From contig OZ287753.1 of NCBI GenBank assembly GCA_965649765.1, forward strand, positions 60,450,001 to 60,514,000: DNA of 64,000 nt. Reading direction: 5' to 3'. Shown in pieces: positions 1-12,900 of this stretch. The DNA is from Bispira polyomma (taxonomy: Eukaryota). Both the position numbers and the translations under genes were made by a program. The notes below the pieces were generated by a model. The model did not search any database. It was not told the DNA's origin and saw only the letters and a list, made by a program, of their open reading frames with translations. The stretch's first letter is position 1. Each line of letters begins with the position of its first letter.

Positions 1-3000
1 ATGTCACGTTCTATGTAATTGTAGATGAGTAAGGGGGATGTTGTTCTGATACAGAAAAGACACCCCAGACCTTCGAAAAGCATGAAAACCCAAAGTATTA
101 TAATCTAACTCCATAGAACCAACTAGGGCTTTTAATACAGCCCGGACTCTAACTTGAGTCAGAGGGATGTAACCATGTGATGTAGAAAACACAAAGAGAG
201 GAGAATCCTCAGAAACAGGAAATTTCAGGAACATAGCCTTAATGGCTGATACAGGGCACAAAGTAAGATCCCTCAAAACAGGAAGTTGAATATAGGCAGC
301 AGTAGCTCTGCTTTGTAATGTTTAGACCACTTTAACTTTAGTACACAATGGTTTTGATGAAAACTGACATCCTGCCGTAAAAACAATCTATGCTTATCAT
401 AGACTGAACTAGTAGTAGAAAGTAAATTACTGATTCTGAAAAAAAAAACAAAAAAAGCAGTTAAGAAAACAGCTTTAAAGATAAGGTCATGAGGCACAGA
501 AGAGCAAAGTGATGCCAAATGCCAAGGTTGATTAATAGTAGAAACATTTTTGATGACAGGACGTCTAGCAACAGTATTATCAATAACCTTCATAAGGCAA
601 GATACTCTCACATCCTCAAAGATGTGGACTGGCAAATGAAACCTAGTAAAAGAATACTTCAAAGAACTGATATGATTAACAAGAGTAGGATAAGCTAAAC
701 CTGACTGTGATAAAAGTTCAATTTAAGCCATGAGGACAGAAACTGTAACCTGAACCAAGGGCACACCATGTGTGACACAGAAAGTAATAAACTTTTTAAA
801 TATGTAATCATATAACTTCCTCGTGCGAGGACGAAAGATTAATGTAGCCCAATGATTTGCAGCCTGAAGAAGGCCATTGAGTCCATTATTATAGCCTGAA
901 GCACAAATTAAATATCTGTATTAAGTTCTAGTACGTCAACAGAAACATTACATACCTGCAAAGCAGGCCATTTTACAAGAATACTTTGCATATCAGTTGC
1001 AACTCAAACACGTGAGAAAGCATCAGCTAACTTATTATCCTGACCAGGAATGTGACATATTTGTAATCGAATATCAAACTGTGCTGTGAGAAACCATATG
1101 TTACGTGCAACTGTTAAAAGGTAGGGGTCAGTAGCCTTGTAGTAATTCAAGGTCTGCACCACAGCCATATTATCACAATAAATAACAACATGCTTGTGAC
1201 ATAAAATTGAACACCAAGTACGTAATGCAACTAACACATTAAGCATTTCCAAATAAGGAATATTAAAGATAGAATACGACATTGGTAGACCCAACTGATA
1301 ACAACAATTATTATACGCAGCACCAATACCAGTTAAACAAGCATCAACATAAATATGATGATCAATAGTGTTATCATCATGAAACACCACCACCCCATTT
1401 AATTTAGTAAGAAAAGCATTAAACCATGCAAGATCTAACTTAAAGTCCATAGTGAGCACAATAGAGCCTTTATCAGAAGCCTTCCGCATTTAGGCCAACA
1501 TATGATTTACAAACAGCCGAGCAGGTTTAACACATCGACTAATATACAACAGTTTACTCAAAATTGATTGCAATTGAGTTTTAGTTGCCTGAGACTTGCT
1601 AGACCAATCAGCACATAAATCCACAATTTCAGTAAGCTTAAGAGTAGGAATGCGAATGCAGCATTGTAATACATCAAATTCAATACGAAGACAAGTGACC
1701 ACCTTACCAGGTGGTTCTAGCTTATTACTGCTAATTGGCAATGCTAAATCTGACAGCAGGCCTAACAAGAACTGATAAGCTTCAGCTGATTTTTCTAACA
1801 AATCATGTATACCAATAATATCAGAATAATTCCACAGAGTATAACCTCTCAAGGTCATAAGATGCCTTACAAAATCTGTCATTATCTGACTATAAGTACT
1901 TCCATGCCTTAGGCCAAAGGGGACCACAGTGTCAATCTAATAGCTACCCTCAAAATATAAACCAAAATGACAATAATCATGTGGGTCTACCCGCAAATTT
2001 CTAAAAGCTCGTTCTAAATCCGCCTTGAAAATATAACAGTCACCAGTAACAGACATCTTCTTAATGCAATCAACCACTTGATCAATGCTAGGATAAATAA
2101 GACTAATTAAACCATTAAGAAACACATCTTTATCAATAACAGAGTTAACTGCAGCCTCTGGTGACCATGATAAGTCCACAATGACTCTTCTCTTAGAAGA
2201 AGTAGCTTTATGCCGAGCTAGCATTGGTGAAGTATGCAAACCTTTAATAGGAGCTATAGTATAGGAACCGACAATGGCTCCATGGTTAACTTTAGTGTTA
2301 AGATAGTGACAAATATGTGTAGCATAGGACTGAGCTGAGGTGTGATTATAATTTTTTGACTTAAGGTGAGAGACCATACTCATGCTCAAAGGGAACCCAA
2401 ACTCCAGAAACTAAAGTAATTGTTGGTCATGATAATGTTTAAAGTAGTGTTTCCAGTTAGTGATGTTGAGGCTAGAATGAACTGGAATACAAGGATAAAT
2501 GAAATTATAAGTACCCCCAAGCTCAGTAACAATGTTATACAAGTCTACCAGAGAATTATAAGCAATGTCATTAACCTCCATGGACTCAGGAAAAAGTACA
2601 GGTGAATTAGCTGTGAAGCCAAAACTTACTTGTGAAGGGTAAATAACATTGCAATAAATTGCATTTGCAATGTGACTAACTTGTACATACACACTTAAAA
2701 TAGTGTGAAACAATACTATGTTGTGCCAACATGATAAAATATAAAGATACCATAACTGCAAACATAACCAATATGCAGAAGTCATGTAATAATGCATGCA
2801 ATACCATGTGTACTACCACCACCAAAATATAACAACATACAGTGACTTATACAACACCAATACCAATAACATAATAACAGTCCGCTCAATAAGACAGAGT
2901 TAGCACTGTGATCCAATATATCACAAATGCCCGAAGTAACAGGAATAACACCATTGTCTAATACTGAATTATGACTACTACATGAATTATGACTACTACA

Positions 3001-3750
3001 AATTATCCCAGGAAGTAGTTTATGACCAACCGTAAACCCGGAATAAAAGTCAGTGTGTAAGTTATAATTACCACACAATTGTCCAACAGAAGGAACCCCA
3101 ATGTCTGAAACCACTACATCGCATAAAGTATAATTAGGTAGCTTGTCTACACTACAAGCAAAAAATTGACACAAATTGCAAAAGTCCTTATAAAAAGGAA
3201 ATATTTTGTGAATATTATGAGCATAAGCTCCCAAACCGGGTATATTACCATATACATGTTGACCATATTTGCTGATGAGATTACTACCACCTGTGGAAAA
3301 GTGTGCGCAAGTGGGATCACCCCAAACAAGTTTACTATGGCTAGAAAAATCCAAACCAAATGACTGACAGTTATGTTTACTGTCGACGGAAATTCCAAAT
3401 GCTCCCAAAGGGAGGTTGAAAAATCGCACAATGCAACCATGGTCTGACAACACCAAACCGAAAAAGTTTACCAAACAATGTGCACAATTACAGGTGCTTT
3501 CATACTGCAGATAATAACTGCGAGCATATAAACTGACAGTCTCACATAAATGATGACCAATGCTTTGAAAAACACCATTTTTACCAACAGAAATGGTATC
3601 AGAACCACAAGAATACGTATTAATAGTATCCAAAGAACGAACAGAAACTACATTGGAAGCATTAGCTTTGCAAGTGCTAGACCGGTCAGGTGTGTGAATA
3701 ACACCTAGACTACTATTATCCAGATAGTTAATAAAGTCACATATACACAA
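1..3750 (-). mobile_element. Decayed DIRS-order (Ngaro/PAT-like) retrotransposon: RT (~1490-2560), RNase H (1004-1489), tyrosine recombinase (1-~885, runs off the window)
   Basis: RT motifs RVIVDLS, DLERAFRNL, VPFGL; RNase H YVDACLTG, LEMLN, CDNMAVV, HIPGQDNKLADAFSR; YR CPVSA, HAFRRSG. Stops and frameshifts present. Right boundary approximate. Confidence 0.88.
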
Positions 3751-3827
3751 AACCTGTGAGGTTTGTTTACTGTATAAATGTTCATTTAAAATATTTACTG
3801 AAGCCTTTGTTTGTAGCTTCATTTCGT

Positions 3828-4425
3828 CTACACACACTTTGTGTGTACAATGGATGGGCCATTCTCATCGTATTCCTGCATGCTGATCCACATTTCTTGG
3901 AAGGTAGAGAGGGAGGCCAGGATGGAGCCTCCAATCCAAACAGAGTACTTCCTCTCTGGAGGTGAGGTGATCTTAATCTTTGTGGTGGAGGGAGCCAGGG
4001 ATGTGATCTCTTTCTCCATCCTATCAGCCATACCAGGAAACATGGTGGAACCTCCAGCTAGGACCATGTTGGCGTACAGATCCTTCCTGATATCCACATC
4101 ACACTTCAAGATGGAGTTATAGACCACCTCATGGATTCCTGCCCTATCCATACCTATTAAACTCGGCCGGAACAAGGCCTCAGGGCAGCGGAAGCGCTCA
4201 TTGCCAATGGTGATGAACTGACCATCAGGAAGGTCGTAGGTTTGCTCCTGGGATGAGGAGGAAGCTGCAGTTGCCATTTCCTTCTCAAAATCCAGGGCCA
4301 CATAGGCCAGCTTCTCTTTGATATCTCTTACAATTTCTTGTTCAGCAGTGGTGGTAAAGCGGAAGCCTCGTTCTTCCAGGATCTTCTTCAGATAATCAGT
4401 TAAATCTCTACCTGCCAGATCTATC
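3828..4425 (-). CDS. Act: Actin-A coding exon 4
   Basis: ORF 3828..4301 extends to a CAG acceptor at 4426-4427; 598 nt as in Actin-B. Confidence 0.92.
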
Positions 4426-7400
4426 CTGTAATATCATATAGTTTTTCTTTGAGGTCAATAAGCTATTTTTTTTAATTTTTTTTTTTAATTTGGATATTTA
4501 ACGTCCACTCTAGTACCTGTTTAGGTTATATTGGGAAGGGTAGTTGGAAACGCTGGAGGAAACAGTGCATACAGTTGATCAAGGTTCTGCACTGAAACCA
4601 GCGGCCCACAGTAAGGAACTACCACCTTTCCCACAAAGGCATCGACGGGATTCGAACTCACGCCGCCCAGAGGTGAGAGACCAGTGATTGTGAAGCGCAG
4701 TGCTTGCTAACCACTAGGCCACTGTGGCCCCGTGAACAAGCTATAACATACACGTTTAATACAACTAATTCAACCTTGTTTTTAGGGTTCTACTCTACTA
4801 CAATGGTATATTTATTTATCATATACAATGTTATAAATTACATTTACACAATTTGTAATATTGGGACAGTCTTGTTTTGTAATGCTTTGTCTACTTTCAT
4901 TATATAATTTAAAGAGTTAGTACTGTAGACACACAAATGCGCTTCTAATAAACCACATTGTGTGTGGTAGAGCTTATTTGTAACGATAGTACTTTATTTT
5001 TGTGGCCTTAAACTCGGTTTCTGGATAATATATTTGTATTTTTATCAGTACAACTAATATAGAATGATCTATAGTTTAATTGTATGCTGATTGATAAATT
5101 ATAATTGTCATCTTAGTAGGTATTTTGCGACATATTATACAAATATCAATGTGTATAATTGTAACAAAAAAAGACGACTATTTTTCAAAGTACACGCTCT
5201 ACAAATTCACATACAATTCACATACAAAGAAAAAATCAACACAGAAGTACACCACCAGAAAAAGGAAATTTCAGCATTATTTTGAATGATTTATTTTTCC
5301 AATTAAAATACAAAAACTGGGTTTATTTTCTAACAAAAAGAGTCCTTTGTATTCTTTATTTATACAACAAAAAGAAACATATTTCCACGAAGTAATAAAA
5401 TTTACAATGGTACTTGCATATAAAAATGTTTAAACCGACCACTAAAGAACAATTGAATGGCCGCTGTATGGGGTAAATGTGCTAAAATTGAAATTGTGAA
5501 TATAGGATAACATCTCATCAGCGCATTTATGTGTTTAAGTTCATAGACTCTTAATCATACACACCACTCGTGTAGATTACTAATATATACATCCCTGATA
5601 AAAGAAATTTTCTTATGATAGAAATACAATAGTCCATTATTTAAAAAAAATGATAATGTCTATAATTTAGGATATTTTTGCACTCACACCAGAATGATTT
5701 GTTCTGGAACATGTAGAAAAAGATGTAATTTAAAGGTTTACAGTGGTTCTTCTATATCTTTGACTTGTATGATATCTTACCTAAGGATAGCATTGGTTAC
5801 GGCAGACCCGTCATAGACAGGTACAGTGTGGCAGACCCCAGCCCCTACATCCAACACTTGACCAGTTTTCCGGCCTGAGGCATGCAGAGCTAACACAGCC
5901 TGAATAGCCACGTACATCGCTGGTGACTTGAAGGTCTCAAACATGATCTAAAACAGACAGGATCAAGTACCTTAAATGTATCATCTGAGAAAGTTCAAAA
6001 CACTAGAGTCTCAATAAACTTCTGTACATGTTTGACTTTCTGGGACTTTTTTCAGAAATGTTAATTTGTAAAACTGTTAAACATCACTGTAACAATGCTT
6101 TTGTTTAAGGTTTAGACCACGTTATATAATAAAAGAATTAATACGATAATGAAAACCTTTTGCAACATAAAAAGCTGGAAGTATTACTATTATTGTGGGC
6201 ACCTGGTAAATCCAATGTTTAGCAACCAACCTGATACACAGTCATGTCATCTACCGTGTTCTTTAACTTTTATTGTTTCATAGGCCACATCCTCGTGCTA
6301 AAGATCAATCATGAGGCTTAAAGATTGATCTTCTGTATCCCTGAGTTATCCTGTCACATTGTAAAGATAAATCTTTACAAACACAGATACATCAGGGAAG
6401 CCTAAAGATAACTCGAAAAGACAGAAGAATCGGGCCATTGTTACGATAACCTGGGAAGCCTAAAAATAACTCAGGGTTTGCAAAGCTAACTCGGGGGACG
6501 TAAAAAGTTGGCAGTACAGCAGGATTGAAATTGGGTCCAAAAATCACATAAAAGCCACTCGTGCAAGCAACTTCAGTTCATTCAGAAATTTTCAACAGTC
6601 AGAGAAGGGTGTGCATTTTAAGATACATATATAAAGGTTTTTGTTTGTTTCAAATATAAGTGATATTATAAGTTAAGATAATTATGCCACCAAAAAGAAA
6701 ACAACAAGGAAGAGGAGGATAGTTAAGAAGTAGGAGAGCAGGGAGTTCGACTTTTGGGATGTAGTGAGGGAACATCATTGCAGACGGACATCATTGCAGA
6801 AACTCAGCCGTCACAGCTGACACCGACAGATGTTCATGTCACAGTCACGGCTGGCAGGAGACACCAAGCGATATGGACTTAAAGGTTTCAGCCTTCAGTA
6901 GCCGTCATTCCAAAAAGGGGAAGATGAAGACTATGCTTCTGATAGATGCCGAGTAGGAGGCAGTTGTGGACTTTTTAAGAGTGAATGAGTTGTTGTACAA
7001 AAAGAAGGATCCTGATTATAAGGACACCCAAAAGAAGAACATTTTGTGGAAGGGGTTTTGTGATGAGAATGGGGTAGACCACGTGGAAGTCAAGAAGTGG
7101 TTCCAGTCGCAGCGGACTATGTTTGGGAAGCAGTCAGTCCCAAAGTCTAGCCAGGCTCCGCCACAGTTCACCCAGAGGCAGATATGGGTCACGGGGACCT
7201 TCGACTTTCTCAAGCCACCCTCATTAGACAGCCATAAAAGACCGCTTAATTCAAACCCATACCGTCGCTTCACTGGGGGCTGCACCAGGGTCGCACAGCT
7301 AGGTCGAGTCTTTCCTCAACACTATGCCCGGGGGCTGTGCATTCTGCGCATTACAGGCATGTCAAAGTCTCGAAATGAAATAGGACATTTGTTATAGCGC

Positions 7401-9936
7401 ACTTACAGAACACAGTGTCCTTTCAAATGCGCTTCCTCATGCGCAGTCACTATGGGCGCCGAGGTGCTTGGGGATGACCATTTATCAACATCCCCGAGGA
7501 TCTTTAATTTGCCACTGAAGATATTACTCAGTGACAGAGGACCGCCATTTTAAGTGGTCATCCAAGCCACTAGTCTTCTTATTCTTGCTTGTATATCTAA
7601 AACAGCTGTCACTTGTACTTGTAAAGAGGTAATTAAAACTTGTAGATTACTGGCAATCTGTAATGGTCTTTCTGAAATCATATTATCTGGTTGACTTTTA
7701 AAATTAAACTGACTGATTTTGTAATCAGAAACCCTTTATATAGTGTATCATGTGTAATTTGGAAGTATCGTGGCCCCCCGAGAGTGTGATTGGTAGGATT
7801 GGATCTGGAGAAGGAAAAACCACCCCAAGTTATCGTTAGTCATTAATTTGGCATTCCCCGGGGTTCAGTCGTGGGTGCAATTTTGTTTCCAATGTACACC
7901 ACTCCACTCAGCAAGATCATTGCTCATACATACAAAAACAGAAACTTTCATATTATGCTGATGATACCCAATTGTACATCCACCTTGCACCCGATTCTAC
8001 CCAGGCAGTTTTCACATCCTTACAGAACTGCTTGCTTTTAGGCGAATTCAACGTTTTCTCACCAAATCAACTGCAATCACTGTTGCCAACGTCTTGGTCA
8101 GCAGCAGGCTTGATTACTGCAACTCTCTGCTCCATTTCCTATCTTAGACGCCTTCATAACGTTCAACACTCACTGGCTCGCATTGTGGCCAAAATTTCTT
8201 ATATTACTCCTGTACGCAAGTCACTTCACTGGCTCCCAATAAAATATTGTGTTGCTTTCAAAACTGCAACAATTTTATACAAATTTCTAAATTCTGGATT
8301 ACCCCTGGATTACCACGATAGATTAGACCTATCGTTGTATCCGTACGAATTATCTTTAGCATTGTAAGCAGTTCTCCCGAGTTATTTTCAAAAATTGGGG
8401 CTGTAGGGGACGCAGATATTTCGTCCAGGATCCAATCAGCTCGATTAATCTTGCCATCTAAGGACCAATCGTGCTTTATCGGATCATGCTTCAGACCTCC
8501 ACTTGTGAAGCACAACGATTATAGTCGTGGAATGTAATGTTTCCCACCCTTTTTCAAATTATCGGGAGCAAATGACGTTTGCCCCCCGATCCCAAATCGG
8601 GGCCAACTCCCGATCACTCAGCTAAGTGCAACAACCCCTTTACCAGAGTCCGCTCTCTATTGGCATTAAAGCCTCGGTCAGCAGCACTCAATGTTTTCTA
8701 GAGTCACACTATCAACCACACACATACACCTACCTAATAATTAAGACCACCATATCTATAGGGCCACGATGGTGTATTGGCAACACATTTGCCTTTTACC
8801 TATGTCACCATTAGAATCAAAATTAGAGCCACACAACCAACCACAATTATACAGACACAAATGTACGTCCACCCAGTAAATTACCTTTGTCATCTTATCC
8901 CTATTAGCTTTAGGATTCAGTGGGGCAGTATTGGATGCTTTTATGTAGCCAAACAAACAACCACACATACACCCACTCAATCACAAACCATTACACATTT
9001 ACATATTCGAACTTTTGATAGCATTTAAATATTTATTTAAAGTATTCCTATGTTATATTTTTTCTGTGCTTTTTCTGTTTAAAGTTAAAGCAAAGTAATA
9101 TTTTGGTTGAAATCACTTTATCTTAATTGTAATCTCTTTTCGCAGGAACACAGCTTTTAGATTAGTTAGCCAATCTTTTCTTCTCAGAAAAATGTCTTTA
9201 TTACCGAAGTTACAAAGCTCACAGTGGTTGTAAAGATATACAATAATTTAGGTCCTCCTTAAAAATGTCATTTGCTGATTCATACCTGTATGAAAAAATT
9301 TATGTTGTCAGCTTTAAAGCTACATGGAGGAAACAGATATTTACTAAGGCGTCATATAACTGGAAGTGGCTACACTGAGATAAAAGGGTAGGCACTCTAT
9401 AATTACTGAAAGCAGTTATCACATAAAAGTCAGTTTGGAGTGAGTATTAAGATGAGTTAGTGTCCTTACAGGTGTTTGGGATAAAAAGTGATTTGTTTGG
9501 GGGTAATAAGTTATGCTATAGGATTACACTGGGACAAGGTAAATGTCAAATTTTGTTAACTGAAAAAGGTGTTGTCAGAGTTAAGTATAAGAGTTACAGG
9601 GAATTATGAAATAGTTTGTTCTAGAAAGTTATCAATTAAATTTAAATTGTTGTATTAGTTATATGTAAAGAACAGTGATTATGTTAAACATTAAAATTAA
9701 AGGATCATAAATAAACAAATATGGAAAATGGTGATTTTGTGTTTATAGAAATATCAACATACAGGACCTAGTGTTTTACTTATATATAACAAAATCAGAC
9801 ACATACAGACAAATAAAAATATATGATCATTTGTCTTACCTCTGTCATCTTCTCCCTGTTGGCTCTAGGGTTCAGTGGGGCCTCAGTCAGCAGTACTGGA
9901 TGCTCCTCTGGTGCTACCTTCAGCTCATTGTAGAAG

Positions 9937-9972
<36 letters not shown>

Positions 9973-12900
9973 GTGACAATACCATGCTCAATAGGATTCT
10001 TGATAGTGAGGATACCGCTACTACTCTGGGCCTCAGTCAGCAGTAATGGATGTTCCTCTGGTGCTACAATCATCTCATTGTAGAAGGTGTCATGCCAGAT
10101 ATTCTCCATATCACTCCAGTTGATGATAGTACCGTGCTCAATAGGGTTCTTGATAGTACGGATACCTCTGTTACTCAGGGCCTCATCTCCAATATAGCAG
10201 TCCTTCCCACCCGCCATCACTTCCTGGTAGTACAGAATGGAACAAAAGAAGTTTAAATCATCCGAATCACTATACTTTACAAGTACCAGAAGGTGGGTGG
10301 TCTGTCATTATGTGCAGGAGACAAAGCAATAATTCGCTGAAAATAAGATTCCCCGTGATGCCACCCCCCTAAAGACTTTGTTATTTTTTACCAACAATAA
10401 GTACATGGACAAAATTGGCCTTCTAATTTTGGTTGTTAGGGTGAGGATTGTTTTTTTTTTATATGTCAAAAAATTTTTTTTCAATATACAGTAATGTGTA
10501 TCAAGTGGGTGTATGTTTTTTTGCTTTGCATTTCATGAGTTTAAATGGAATATTTATGACATCTTTGGATAGAAAATACATGACCAGAAATATCCTTTTT
10601 AAACTTTGATTATTTTTCAAAGAAAGTTAATCAATCATCTGTAAAATAATTTTTCATATAAAAAATATGTTGGACGTTTCTGTAACTAGTGACATGCTTA
10701 ACACTAGTTAATTGATCTGAAGACAGTCCCTTATGATACGAATTCAGCTTGAAGATTGGGTTGTACTTGCCACGGTGTGATGATTCTCCAGCCCTTGAGA
10801 GATGACCATACTATGTAGGAGTGGGAGAAAAGTGGAACTTTGTAATGGTGAACAAGGACCATATTCACAAACTTTCTCAGAATGCAATTATTGATCTGAA
10901 GACAGTCCATTATGATACCAATTCAGCTTGAATATTGGGTTGTACTTGCCACAGTGTGGTGATCCTCCAGCCCTTGAGAGATGAACATACTATAGGAGTG
11001 GGAGAAAAGTGGAACCTTGTAATGGTGAACAAGGACCATATTCACAAACATTCTCAGAATGCAATTATTAGAATATTCTTAGTTCTCAGCCAATCAGTTT
11101 TTGGGAAAATACTTTTAGCCAATCAAATTTCTTGAGACAAAAAGGCAAACAATCATTGTGAATACTAGCCCTATTCTTATGTAAGGACTGAAAGTTCTGC
11201 ATTTTCCCAATGATTGTAAAAACACTATTGTCAAGACAAGGCAGAAAGAATCAGGTCAGAAGAGAAAGTGTTCTGAGAAAAACATGAGGGAAAACTACAC
11301 TGTGTCAAGAACAAGGTAAACAAAGGAAAGGGCAAAGTGTGTGATTACACCAGAAATACTTCATGTTAGTGTTATGTTTTGATTGTGAAAGTACCAGGTT
11401 TGCCAGGGAGGGGACAAAGGATAAACAGGTGATTACCATGAACAGTAGTGAAGACACAGTCTACAGTTAAACCTCTTGTGCAACCTTTGCCATATTATGT
11501 GGTATTCTGTATGCAGACTGCTACAATAGACAACATTCAGAAAACTGTACTGAGTCACTTCCTAGCTGATGCAATAATGGACACTAAAACTGCATTGTGG
11601 GCCAATAATTATTGTTGTGCAATTGGAATTAAAACAAAATATCAGGACTTGGCAAAAAAGGTCAGAAAAGAAGCCAATATCGATGATATTGTATATTCTT
11701 TGCAACTTGAAAATAAACTCAATAAAATGTCATATTTTGTTATAGTCCCTTAAGTTTAAGCATGATATCTAATTAAGGCCCTTCTAAAGAACTCAATAGT
11801 ATCTCTTTTTTGAAAGACATAACCAACTAGAACATTGTTTAAAAAGTATGCTTGAAAAGACTAGCTTTCTGTTTTTCAAAAAAACTGGTTGTTAAATCAG
11901 CAAAATATTTTGTATGGCCATAGGTTTCCTATCTAGTAAGTTTAAATCTGGGCCTGTATTCAGTAAAGGTCTCCGACTTGTGGGGTTTTTCCACTATCAC
12001 AAAGTATCCGGGAGAGGCCCTGATTATGCGATCGGGACCAATCCTTGGCATTTCCCCACAATGTTTTAAAAAAAGGGCACGAAAAAATGCGCCACCAGAA
12101 CTGCTTGCGATCCAATAGATAGGTCGTAAGCACATTATGATCCAGTCATTGGACACTAAGATAAGTTGGCTGATGAACAACTGATCCAGATCGAAATCTT
12201 AGTATTACTAATTGGCAGGTACTGTTTTCATCAAATGCTATATAAACGAGGGCTCAAACTTAAATCCAGACAGTTTTAATTCAGAAGTTAAGTGATCAAC
12301 ATGATTCCACAAAGAATAATAAATATTGCAAATGGAATTGCAAACGGCTGTAATTGCCTACATGCAAGTACAAGTGATGGCTAATATGGACATCGAAGGC
12401 AGGAGAAGAAAATTAAGAAGGCAAAGGGAGACACTGAAGCTACAGCCTAAGACCAAGGTTCTGAATCAAGCCATGGCTCAGCAGAAGCGTGAAACATGCC
12501 CACTACACAGCACTTATGTCACGCCTGGAGCCACAAGATCTCCAGTCGTACCTCAACATTATCAGGATCCCCCTGACGTATTCCAGGAGATGGAGAGGGT
12601 GGGGCACAGGATACAGAGACAGACCACCTGGTACAGGAAGGCACTGTTCCCTGGCTCAAGATAGCTATCACATTGAGGAATTTGGCCACTGGGGAGTCCT
12701 GCACATCGCTACAGTACTCGTTTGTAGTGGGCAGGTCAACCATAACTAAGTTTGTGCCACAAATTTGCCAGGCCATCATCGACGAGTACCAGTAAAAATT
12801 CCTCACATGTCCCACCAGCCAGGACGACTGGAAGAAAGTCAAGTCCATGTTCCGGAACACGTGGAACGTTCATAATTTCCTGGGGGCCATAGCTGACAAA

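Noticed and set aside
4640-4731. tRNA gene
   Set aside because: A and B boxes are present, but there is no cloverleaf and it continues into a SINE body, tail and TSD.
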